Part shown: positions 9,362 through 18,003 of the stretch, piece after piece | How the letters are laid out: each line of letters starts with the position of its first letter | How positions within the stretch are numbered: the stretch's first letter is position 1 | IMG/VR virus record: IMGVR_UViG_3300032309_002930 | Location: 1-64,000 of that record | Length of the DNA stretch: 64,000 nt | Origin: a virus | Reading direction: 5' to 3' (one strand) | The notes under the pieces: model-generated | What the model was told of the DNA's origin: nothing | What the model saw: only the letters and a program-made list of their open reading frames with translations | Database searches by the model: none | Program-made: the position numbers and the translations under genes

Positions 9362-11068
9362 TTATAAATCTTCTACGCCATTGATTGAACAAATAACTGC
9401 TCCATTATTGTTGTTATCTATATTTGTAGCAGTAAGTATAAGCACTTCTCCAAATTCAACTGGAAATGGATCATCAAATACAATAACATTTTGTGTTGAT
9501 TTATTTGTTATAATATTTTGAACTAAAAATAAACTATCAAAAACTAATCTTGTTGCACTTGTATCTTTCCAAATTAAATTATAATTTGGAACTTGAGTAA
9601 ATCTTCCATCTTGTAAATTTCTAGGAGTACCAAGGTATAATTTCCAAAGAAACGCAGCTGCTGCATTTCCTTCTCCTATTATTTCAACGTTTGCCACATT
9701 TATGCTATCTATTAATAATCTTCTTCTATCAACAGTATTTAAATCAACATTAATTGGTGCAGCGCAAATTGATAAAATTGGAATTTCATCGCTAAAATTA
9801 CTTCCAGCACCATTATCTATTTGCCGTAAATTAGAAGCAATCGAAAATGGTGGAGCAAATTTAGTAACTTTTCCTTCTGTTGCGCCACAAACAGATGCTG
9901 TTTTAACTGTCGCAGTATCTAAACTAGTATCTCCTAAAGTTTTTTCTACTCTTATTCTAAATGGAAATCTTGGTTCATTAACCCAAGGTCTAATTGCTTT
10001 GTTGGTATTTGTCCAAGGTATTAAATGAATAGGATTAAATCCTTGAGCATCATCTTTCGCTATATTAAATTGAATTGGAAGAGATCCTAACCAACCAAAT
10101 TTAATATTATAAATATTAAATAATTGTGGATTAAAGTTCATTAAGCTAATTCCACTTCCATTCATTTTATCTATATTCCAATCAGGTTGCATATACCAAT
10201 CTTCTATTGCATTTTTACCAGCTCTAAAAGTAGAAAAAGATCCAGTTATTCCATTTCCACTTAATGTATAAGATCCAAGGACTGGTCCAGATTTTTGACG
10301 AACAAAATAAACAGAATTATCTAATTGATAACTTTTATAAAAAGTACCGCTATCTATGTAGCCAGTAAAATAATCAGCAAGTTCTTTACATAGTCCAGTT
10401 GTTGTATTTCCAGTTATACTTACTATATTATTATATCCATTTAATTTTACTGTAGCATTTCTAGTTCCAGCGTTTGATGCATTTGTTACTGTCAATTTTT
10501 GTAATTCTTGAGCGCCGTCATATCTGTGAAGAATACCGAAGTTAAGACCAGAGTATCCAAAAGCTAATCCTTCTTCATTATTTATAATTCCAACATATTG
10601 TAATATACCAGTTTTTGGAGTATCAAAAATTGCTGTAAATTTTGCATCGGCGCTAATTCCAGGTTGATAGCTAAGTACTGTTCTGCTTCTTAAATCAGCA
10701 TAAGCAATAGCTCCAGTCGAATTTGTAACTATAGCCATTCCAGAAGCGGTTCTTATATTATTTGCAACATTACCATTGTAAGAAATTTTTTGCCAAACTC
10801 TAGTGTCATAAACTCTATTTCCATAGGCTTGAACCATTGGTTCAGACTCTGTTACTAGTAATCTTCCAAAAGCGCTAGTAGATGTTCCACCAAGTTGTAC
10901 TTGTTGCACTACTGGGTTTGAGGCTATTTTTATTCCATTACCAGTTAAAATATCTTCTATACTATCTAATTTACTAAAATCAAGAGCTTGATAGCCACTA
11001 AAATCACTATTATAAACTAGCCCTATTCTTTTCTCTGTGTTGTCAAAATGTTGTTCGTTATTAATCAT
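9362..11068 (-). CDS. putative virion structural protein
   Basis: 568 aa; SAFGRL, YQPG, I.FGWLG motifs seen in large-phage structural proteins; GTGTAA upstream. Confidence 0.55.
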   Translation of the reverse strand: MINNEQHFDNTEKRIGLVYNSDFSGYQALDFSKLDSIEDILTGNGIKIASNPVVQQVQLGGTSTSAFGRLLVTESEPMVQAYGNRVYDTRVWQKISYNGNVANNIRTASGMAIVTNSTGAIAYADLRSRTVLSYQPGISADAKFTAIFDTPKTGILQYVGIINNEEGLAFGYSGLNFGILHRYDGAQELQKLTVTNASNAGTRNATVKLNGYNNIVSITGNTTTGLCKELADYFTGYIDSGTFYKSYQLDNSVYFVRQKSGPVLGSYTLSGNGITGSFSTFRAGKNAIEDWYMQPDWNIDKMNGSGISLMNFNPQLFNIYNIKFGWLGSLPIQFNIAKDDAQGFNPIHLIPWTNTNKAIRPWVNEPRFPFRIRVEKTLGDTSLDTATVKTASVCGATEGKVTKFAPPFSIASNLRQIDNGAGSNFSDEIPILSICAAPINVDLNTVDRRRLLIDSINVANVEIIGEGNAAAAFLWKLYLGTPRNLQDGRFTQVPNYNLIWKDTSATRLVFDSLFLVQNIITNKSTQNVIVFDDPFPVEFGEVLILTATNIDNNNNGAVICSINGVEDL

Positions 11069-11108
11069 ATATCTAACGGTAACTTAGGTTACACTTGAAA
11101 ATGATTAA

Positions 11109-11315
11109 TTAATGTACTTTATGTATTTTAACAAACTCGACTACAGTAGAGGTTCCTTGGTTAGTTTTGCTTATTACTTTATAGTTTAATTTATCTAATT
11201 GAGTTTTTAAATCTTCGAAGTATTTTTCATCAACTAAAACGAGTATGCTTTTTTCTGATTCTTTGTAATGAATCTTATTTGAGAACTCTTGACAAATTGC
11301 TATTTCTGCTTTCAC
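11109..11315 (-). CDS. hypothetical protein
   Basis: GTG start 8 nt after GTGTAA. Confidence 0.55.
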   Translation of the reverse strand: MKAEIAICQEFSNKIHYKESEKSILVLVDEKYFEDLKTQLDKLNYKVISKTNQGTSTVVEFVKIHKVH

Positions 11316-11346
11316 ATAATAATTTACACTATTGGGCTATATAATA

Positions 11347-11511
11347 TTATTTTTCTTGTATATAGAAATTTTTATGGTTTTTAGGTGAAATTTTCTGTAT
11401 GTAGGTTTTCGCCTCTTTATATCCTTCTTTTGATAATGGAAATACTCCATGAAGAAAATTATCGTTCTTTGATAAGATTGCGTAATATTTTTTTCTTTTG
11501 GTTTTGGGCAT
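11347..11511 (-). CDS. small basic hypothetical protein (not in ORF track)
   Basis: Manual translation MPKTKRKKYYAILSKNDNFLHGVFPLSKEG..., 54 aa, fills the gap between neighbours. Confidence 0.5.
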   Translation of the reverse strand: MPKTKRKKYYAILSKNDNFLHGVFPLSKEGYKEAKTYIQKISPKNHKNFYIQEK

Positions 11512-11512
11512 A

Positions 11513-11779
11513 TTATTTTTTCTTTTGAAGGACTCTTAATTCTTTTTCTAGGTTATCCATTGTTTGCATTTCTTTGTCGCTTTTATTTAATAAGTATTTT
11601 AATTCTTTCATGTACTCTTCAAATTTTTTATTGTAAGATGAGCAAAATTTATCGTTATCTAGTTCATCTAGTTTAGACAAGATATTGAAAGCTTTATTGG
11701 CAATCCACTCACAAGTGGCAATACAATAATTCGATCTATCTGTAAAATCTTTTACTTTATGAGCTTTTTTCTTTTTCAT
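11513..11779 (-). CDS. hypothetical coiled-coil protein
   Basis: 88-aa ORF. Confidence 0.55.
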   Translation of the reverse strand: MKKKKAHKVKDFTDRSNYCIATCEWIANKAFNILSKLDELDNDKFCSSYNKKFEEYMKELKYLLNKSDKEMQTMDNLEKELRVLQKKK

Positions 11780-11918
11780 ATTGTTCTAATAAGGTTCTTA
11801 ATAATTTTAAATGATGCACATCCCAATTGTCGCCAGTAGCATCTTTATCTTTGCTCATATTATCTTCCCAAATATTTTTTTGAATAATTTGATCTAATAA
11901 AATATATATCTTTTCCAT
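11757..11918 (-). CDS. hypothetical protein
   Basis: Start MEKIY placed by TTGACT-17-TATAAT-6-ATG. Confidence 0.55.
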   Translation of the reverse strand: MEKIYILLDQIIQKNIWEDNMSKDKDATGDNWDVHHLKLLRTLLEQYEKEKSS

Positions 11919-11989
11919 ACTACTATTATACATAAAATATTGATAAAAGTCAAAATCTAATGTAATATACATTATAGTTCTTTAACATT

Positions 11990-12375
11990 GGGCCCGTAAT
12001 GGTTTCGATTTTAAGAAAATAAATTGAAATGCAAGTGGAGGTTGAATCGAGGACTCCTTAAAAAGTTTCGCTTATATTAACTGCCAAAACAGCTAAATAT
12101 AAAGGTCATATTTCTGCAAGAGTTTCTCTTGTTGAGATGGCCGAATCTGTAGCCTAAGTTACAGCGTGATATCCACGATACATCTACTGGAATATTGCGT
12201 TATTAGATGTTTGAGTATTATAAGTTTTTTTATTCTTATAGTATTCAATATTCAAAATAAAATAGCTAAGTATGTTTGTTCTTTATCTATACAAGGCTAA
12301 AAATAAAAAGAACTAAACTTGTAGTGTTTTAATTTAAATTTTTAAAAGACAGAGGTTCAATTCCTCTCGGGTCCA
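11990..12375 (+). ncRNA. ssrA: tmRNA
   Basis: 5' GGGCCCG pairs with 3' CGGGTCC-A giving G3:U70; 5' GGTTTCGA; T arm AGAGG-TTCAATT-CCTCT; resume context TTAACT-GCC; tag ORF 12083-12157. Confidence 0.92.
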
Positions 12376-12441
12376 AGCAAACGAATCCCTGTGTCCGCAT
12401 TTTTACTAGACAATACAATAAGATTCATGTATGATACTTAT

Positions 12442-12996
12442 ATGAAGATAAAAAAGACAAAAATAATTTGCGCCGAATGTGGTAAAGAGCACGAAATAAG
12501 ACAAGGTGATTATAATAGAAAAATTAAAGCTGGCCAAGATAAATTTTATTGTAGTTTAAAATGCTCTGGAAAAGCTGATTACAAAAATAACCCAAGTAAA
12601 TTAGAAAAAAACAAAGGTAATATTAGTTTACTAAAGGGTTATGAAGCTAATAGATTAGATCAATATAGTCCTTTTAAGTATTCTTTAAATAAAGCTAGAT
12701 CAAGAAGTAAAAAAAGAGGAGAGGAGACGGATTTGACCTTGGAGTATCTTAAAGAACTATATGATAGTCAAAATGGTTTATGCACATATACAGAAATAAA
12801 AATGGAAATACCAAGAAGTTCTCAAGACGAAGATATTAAAAAAAGTCCAACAAAATTAAGTCTCGACAGAGTGCATTCTCATACTGGTTATTTCAAAGGA
12901 AATGTTGAATTCGTATGCTATTGTGTTAATGTAATGAAAAATGATTTCACTAAAGAAGAGATGGTTGATTTTATTAATTTAATTAAAAATAATTAA
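12442..12996 (+). CDS. zinc-finger + HNH-like (putative homing) endonuclease
   Basis: CAECG..FYCSLKC; SLDR..GY..GNVEFVC..VN.MK; TAGACA-17-TATGAT-6-ATG. Confidence 0.75.
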   Translation: MKIKKTKIICAECGKEHEIRQGDYNRKIKAGQDKFYCSLKCSGKADYKNNPSKLEKNKGNISLLKGYEANRLDQYSPFKYSLNKARSRSKKRGEETDLTLEYLKELYDSQNGLCTYTEIKMEIPRSSQDEDIKKSPTKLSLDRVHSHTGYFKGNVEFVCYCVNVMKNDFTKEEMVDFINLIKNN

Positions 12997-13985
12997 ATTA
13001 TACTTTTGTCGCCAGAAAATACTACATCGCAATAATCTTTTAATTCTCTAGATATATACTCTTTCATATTATCAAAATCATTAAACTTAATAAAATTAGG
13101 TCCAAGTTCATTGTCTAGTCTTATTTTAAATATATTTAACTCTTGCAGGATATCGCATTTATTGATTATTAATTTAGTTGTTCCAGATATTCTTATCGCA
13201 TTTAATAATTTATTAAAATTAAGCCAGTTAACAAGTCTTTTTCTGCCAGTTGTTGTCCCGTACTCTTTACCTAAATGTATTATTTTATTTAATTCTTCAT
13301 CGAGCCACAATGATTCTGGAAATAATGGATCTACTCCACTTTTTGTATCGTAAATTTTTGCTACTCCAATTATCTCTCTTATTTTCTTTGGACTAAAGCC
13401 TAAAGAACAAGCAGAGTATGGTAGAGTCTCACTACTTGTAACATATGGGTAATCTCCATAATTTAAATCTAACCAAAAGCTTTGCGCCCCTTCGCAAAGA
13501 ATTTCTCCATAAAGCTCCCCATCCCAAAGATACTGTTTATCTAAATAATTTCCAGCAAGTTTACCAGTTCGTAAAGCTTTATCAGCATAAGCTGGAGCAA
13601 TTCCTTGTCCAGTAGTTCCAAGTTTAGGCTTTAAAAATTTAAGATCATATTGAATATGCTTTTCAGTAATAATATGAGCTTTGGGGCTTACTTTAATTAA
13701 GGATGTGTCGAATCCTTCCCTTTTTAAATATTCTATCTCATCAAAGAATTTATCAATATTGATAACGCAATTTGGGCCGATGACACTAAGTTTATTTTGA
13801 AAAACACCACAAGGAATGAGATGAGTTTTATATTTTTTATCATTAAGATAAACTGTGTGACCTGCATTGGGGCCACCATTCCAGCGACAAACAATATCAT
13901 AATTTTTAGATATTGCATTGCTTATCTTGCCTTTCCCTTCGTCACCCCAAGCTAATCCGAAAATAATATCAACTGCTTTGATCAT
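12993..13985 (-). CDS. purA: adenylosuccinate synthetase, short form
   Basis: WGDEGKGK, GGPNAGHT, GTTGQGI.PAY.DK, EGAQ, YPYVTSS, EYGTTTGRKR, NKCD. Confidence 0.92.
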   Translation of the reverse strand: MIKAVDIIFGLAWGDEGKGKISNAISKNYDIVCRWNGGPNAGHTVYLNDKKYKTHLIPCGVFQNKLSVIGPNCVINIDKFFDEIEYLKREGFDTSLIKVSPKAHIITEKHIQYDLKFLKPKLGTTGQGIAPAYADKALRTGKLAGNYLDKQYLWDGELYGEILCEGAQSFWLDLNYGDYPYVTSSETLPYSACSLGFSPKKIREIIGVAKIYDTKSGVDPLFPESLWLDEELNKIIHLGKEYGTTTGRKRLVNWLNFNKLLNAIRISGTTKLIINKCDILQELNIFKIRLDNELGPNFIKFNDFDNMKEYISRELKDYCDVVFSGDKSII

Positions 13986-14211
13986 TTTTTGTTAATTGTT
14001 CTTGAGCTTTTTGAAGTTCATTCAAATAATCACCAAGAAGTTTTTTACAAAAATTACTACCATCTGCACCGCAACATTTTTTAAATTTCTTATTATTGAT
14101 TTGACAAATATCATTTCTTTGCATTTTTGGTGCAAGTCTTCGGATTGGGCCTCTAAAATATGGTTGAACATATAGTCCAACTTCATTAAGTTCTTGCTTA
14201 TGCTCTTCCAT
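13969..14211 (-). CDS. SEC-C-like motif protein
   Basis: QRNDICQINNKKFKKCC resembles RNDPCPCGSGKKYKKCC. Confidence 0.6.
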   Translation of the reverse strand: MEEHKQELNEVGLYVQPYFRGPIRRLAPKMQRNDICQINNKKFKKCCGADGSNFCKKLLGDYLNELQKAQEQLTKNDQSS

Positions 14212-14420
14212 TATAGTTCTTGAGCTGGGTTTCTAACATCAAAAATTGAAACTTTAGAATCTTCATTCTTATCATTTTTAACAATTATATTGCTTTCGTC
14301 AATAACTTCCGCTACTTCTCCATAAAAGTGCTCTAAAGTAGTATAGTTAGTTATTACTGCTACTCTTTTACCAAGCATTCTTTTTAAGACGTTTAATTTT
14401 TGAGTATTCTTTTGTTTCAT
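14211..14420 (-). CDS. small beta-barrel (Sm/SH3-like) hypothetical protein
   Basis: LGKRVAV..FYGEV..V.E.NIIV; TTGACT-17-TATACT-6-ATG. Confidence 0.5.
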   Translation of the reverse strand: MKQKNTQKLNVLKRMLGKRVAVITNYTTLEHFYGEVAEVIDESNIIVKNDKNEDSKVSIFDVRNPAQEL

Positions 14421-14432
14421 ATATTAAGTATA

Positions 14433-15686
14433 TTATATATATTCTTTGGAGTCAAGTTTTTTTGCAGCTTTAGTTAAGATTTTTATACCTCTGTCACATG
14501 TTTTTTTATCTATAATTAATGGAGGTAATATTACTATACTTTTACCATCTCCAGAAAAATTAAAAATTAAACCCATTTTAATGCATTCAAAAAATAATCT
14601 TCCAAGTATATATACTTCTTTTACTGATGGCGATATAGAAATCATTAATCCTAAACCTCTTACTTTGAAATTGTATTTTTTTAAATATTTACTGAAAATT
14701 TTATCAAGTTCGTCTTTTAAGTACAATCCAGTCTTTTCAGCATTTTGCTTTAAATTTTGTCTTTCTATAATTTCTATATTTTTTTTAGCTATAGCGCAAG
14801 AATATGGTGTCCAAGCAAATGAAGCATTTATGTCTGTGAAATTATATTTATTTAAATGCTCTTGTTTTATTAAAACAGCTCCTAAAGATGAATATCCAGA
14901 AGTTATGCCTTTTCCGAAAGTTATTGCGTCTGGAAATATATCAAAATACTCCGCAGCAAACATTACGCCTAGTCTACTAAAACCAGTTAAAACTTCATCA
15001 AAAATTAAAAAAACTCCATATTTTTTACAAATTTCATAAAAATTCTTCCAATAATTTTTTTCTGGAATAAAAACTCCTCCAGAACAAATAATTGGTTCTG
15101 CAATAAATATTTTAATATTACTATTATTTTTAAGTATATCTTCTAATTGTCTTAAAGATTCTTTTTCATCTATATTGAGTTTTGTATGAGGGAAATCAAT
15201 TTTAATTGTTTCGTATTGTTTTTTGACTCTTGGCATTTTAAAACCTTCTATTTCTCCCATTCCAAGAGTAGCCTGACTCCATCCATGATAAGCATTTTTA
15301 AAAGTTGCTACATCACCATTTGTTAAATTATAAAATACTGATAATGCTACTTCATTTGCGTTTGCTCCTCCAGTAGCTTTTAAACATTTTAATTTCTGGT
15401 TTGGAAAAAATGATACTAATTTTTCGGCTAATTCATTAGCTTCTTGGGTTGGCATAGAGTATGGAGCAAAATTAGATTTTTTAATTTGCCTTATTTGTTC
15501 TTTTATAATTTCTTTATTTTGCCATCCTATCGCTGCTACTCCATACCCTCCAGAAAAATCAACATAAGAATTGTTTTCTACGTCTTTGATTATTGAATTT
15601 TTACCTGTTTTATAACTAAATTTTATAATATAAGATAGATCTATTAATCTTTTACTTTGTTGATATATTGATTTATTCGAAATCAT
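14433..15686 (-). CDS. class III PLP-dependent aminotransferase
   Basis: YVDFSGG, GGANANE, AYHG, EPI, FDEVLTGFSRLG, FGKG (PLP Lys), RGLGLM. Confidence 0.92.
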   Translation of the reverse strand: MISNKSIYQQSKRLIDLSYIIKFSYKTGKNSIIKDVENNSYVDFSGGYGVAAIGWQNKEIIKEQIRQIKKSNFAPYSMPTQEANELAEKLVSFFPNQKLKCLKATGGANANEVALSVFYNLTNGDVATFKNAYHGWSQATLGMGEIEGFKMPRVKKQYETIKIDFPHTKLNIDEKESLRQLEDILKNNSNIKIFIAEPIICSGGVFIPEKNYWKNFYEICKKYGVFLIFDEVLTGFSRLGVMFAAEYFDIFPDAITFGKGITSGYSSLGAVLIKQEHLNKYNFTDINASFAWTPYSCAIAKKNIEIIERQNLKQNAEKTGLYLKDELDKIFSKYLKKYNFKVRGLGLMISISPSVKEVYILGRLFFECIKMGLIFNFSGDGKSIVILPPLIIDKKTCDRGIKILTKAAKKLDSKEYI

Positions 15687-15688
15687 TA

Positions 15689-16447
15689 TTAACTATTATA
15701 GTATAGACTTATTTGTTTATCCATTATATTCTCTAGTTCTTTTATTCTGTAATTTATATTAAAATTAAAATTTAAATCAAAATATTTAAAATCAATATTT
15801 TTTTTAAAAATATCAGATAAAAATATTTTGAATTCTTTTAAATTCTCTTTTTTGCCAATGAAAGAAAAATTTTTAAAATCAGAAACGCCATATATAAACT
15901 CTATTGGAGTTTTATAAGATACATCTTTATAGTTAAAAATAAAATCTTCATAATTTATAATTTTATCTACAAAATTTTCATATGTTATAGAAAATTTATT
16001 TTCATCAATTAAAACTAATTGAAGTAAATTAAAATCCCAAGCATCTTCTGAAATAGGCATTGTTGGATTGCCTTTTCTTTTTTTGTTTTTATAAAAAAAA
16101 TCATCAAAATTAGTTAATGTTTGATAGAATTTATAATAATTTTGTAACCAATGAAAATAATTATATATTTTAACAATAGGATGAAAAATAAAAGTAAACA
16201 TTGTATCTTCTTCACTATTAAAATTAGAATGACTTTCTTGAAATATACCATATAAGTACCCATTAAATCTTGGATGTTTAAAATTTTTCGACATTATTTT
16301 AAATATATTATTATTACTTGAAATAAAATTTTCATTTACTAATTCATATACATAATGGAATTGTAAATATGGTATTTCTATATTATATAATATTTTTTCG
16401 TTTATTATGGCATAAATATGAGACGGTTCGCCTTTATGTATTATCAT
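15689..16447 (-). CDS. degenerate sulfotransferase-like protein
   Basis: FTFIFHP, FIGKKENL; KHPRFNGYLYG shared with 5819-6547. Confidence 0.45.
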   Translation of the reverse strand: MIIHKGEPSHIYAIINEKILYNIEIPYLQFHYVYELVNENFISSNNNIFKIMSKNFKHPRFNGYLYGIFQESHSNFNSEEDTMFTFIFHPIVKIYNYFHWLQNYYKFYQTLTNFDDFFYKNKKRKGNPTMPISEDAWDFNLLQLVLIDENKFSITYENFVDKIINYEDFIFNYKDVSYKTPIEFIYGVSDFKNFSFIGKKENLKEFKIFLSDIFKKNIDFKYFDLNFNFNINYRIKELENIMDKQISLYYNS

Positions 16448-17240
16448 AAAAATTTTTATTTCTAAGGATGAAATCGATCATCCTAAAATGAGCTGGAGAT
16501 AAAGAGCTAATTTTTGATGGTTTTTGATCTATATGTTGTAAAATCAAATCTCCTGGTGGCAATAAAATATTTCCATAAAATGGATATTTATCCCCAATAT
16601 GTTTAAAAAATAAAATATCATATGGATTTAAATCTGCTAATTTAGTTTTTTCTATTTTTATGAAATTATTTCTTTTGAAGAAATCTTTTCTCAATTCGTA
16701 ATCCATTCTAAATGGATCATATCCAAATTTTTCTTTATGTAGTTTTGCCCATAGATGTTCGTCTTCATAAATTTCTCTACCAGGTTCCATGTTTTCTATT
16801 TTTATATTTAATTCATTTTCATAAAAATAATTTAATATTGACCAACAATCTGTTATTCCATTTCTGTATGGTATATCTATATATTTTTCATAATACTTGT
16901 ATTTTATTGCATCAAAATAATAAAATTTATCTTGTTTTGTATTGTATAAAGCATATGGTATATCATTTTTTAAGCTTTCTCGTATGTCTTCTGGTGAAAA
17001 TCCTCGATTATTAATATGAGAATGAAAACAACATAAAATTTTTCCTTTGAAATTCCATTTTTCGTAATCTTCTGGATTTATCAAAAAATTATTCTTTCTA
17101 TCAAAAGATATATTACGACAAGGTGCAAATTTTTGTTTCAAATTATTTATATAAATAAAACCACAGACTTCTTCTTTTGTGTTATTTAAAGAATATTCTT
17201 TAATTTTTTTTAATATATCGTTATTTAAAAAACTATACAT
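16434..17240 (-). CDS. JAB/MPN + NlpC/P60 protein (lambda gpK-like)
   Basis: EVCG, HSH-x6-S-x2-D JAMM-like motif; GITDCW; the expected NlpC/P60 His appears replaced (PFYG). Confidence 0.8.
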   Translation of the reverse strand: MYSFLNNDILKKIKEYSLNNTKEEVCGFIYINNLKQKFAPCRNISFDRKNNFLINPEDYEKWNFKGKILCCFHSHINNRGFSPEDIRESLKNDIPYALYNTKQDKFYYFDAIKYKYYEKYIDIPYRNGITDCWSILNYFYENELNIKIENMEPGREIYEDEHLWAKLHKEKFGYDPFRMDYELRKDFFKRNNFIKIEKTKLADLNPYDILFFKHIGDKYPFYGNILLPPGDLILQHIDQKPSKISSLSPAHFRMIDFILRNKNFYDNT

Positions 17241-18003
17241 ATTTTTTATGTCTTAATATATATGATATTTGTTTTAAATGACCTTTTCTAATTGATTCTA
17301 TTGAAGATATTGATTCATATCTTTGATGTAGAATTAAATCATCACCAATAAATAATGCTGCATGCGTTGGAACTCCTTTTTCAAGAGAAAAAATTATTAT
17401 ATCATAATTTTTAAAATCTTTTATATCTTTTAATGTAAATATTTGAAGTCCAACTCTATTATATTCGTCTTTATACTTTTCTAATGACCAAACGTGTTCT
17501 TTCGTATTTTTGAGATCATTGTATGATAAGCCTATTCTTCTTGGGCCATTTATATCTATATCTAAATTTAATTCATTTCTATAAAAATCTACAATTAATG
17601 TTCCGCAATCTTTAATTCCTAATTCATAAGGTCTATTTATATATTTTCTATAATTTTCTTTTTGTTTTGGGTCAAAAAAATAAAATTTATCTTTTTTGAT
17701 ACTGTATAAATAATAAGATAAATTATGTTTGAAACTATTAAAAATATCTTGAGCAGAAAAAGATGAACCTTTTATATGAGAATGAAAACATGCTAATATA
17801 TTACCATACGCCTTGGCTTTTATGTATTCTAACGGGTGAATTGTAAAAGAGTTTCTTGGATCTTTAGATTTATTCTCGCATTTTAAAAATTTTTTAGTAC
17901 CATTATCATCAATAATTAAACCGCATACTTCTGTAAATGGATTAAGTAAAGCATATTGTTTAGCTTCATCTAAGTATTCATTTTCCATGAGCAAAGCCTT
18001 CAT
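17233..18003 (-). CDS. JAB/MPN + NlpC/P60 protein (lambda gpK-like)
   Basis: EVCGLI, HSH-x6-S-x2-D; GIKDCG, PTHAALFIGD..ILH. Confidence 0.82.
   Translation of the reverse strand: MKALLMENEYLDEAKQYALLNPFTEVCGLIIDDNGTKKFLKCENKSKDPRNSFTIHPLEYIKAKAYGNILACFHSHIKGSSFSAQDIFNSFKHNLSYYLYSIKKDKFYFFDPKQKENYRKYINRPYELGIKDCGTLIVDFYRNELNLDIDINGPRRIGLSYNDLKNTKEHVWSLEKYKDEYNRVGLQIFTLKDIKDFKNYDIIIFSLEKGVPTHAALFIGDDLILHQRYESISSIESIRKGHLKQISYILRHKKYV

Noticed and set aside
12993-13985. PurZ (2-aminoadenine genome)
   Set aside because: Catalytic Asp is retained (GDEGKG), whereas PurZ has Ser there; no DatZ/MazZ recognised in the window
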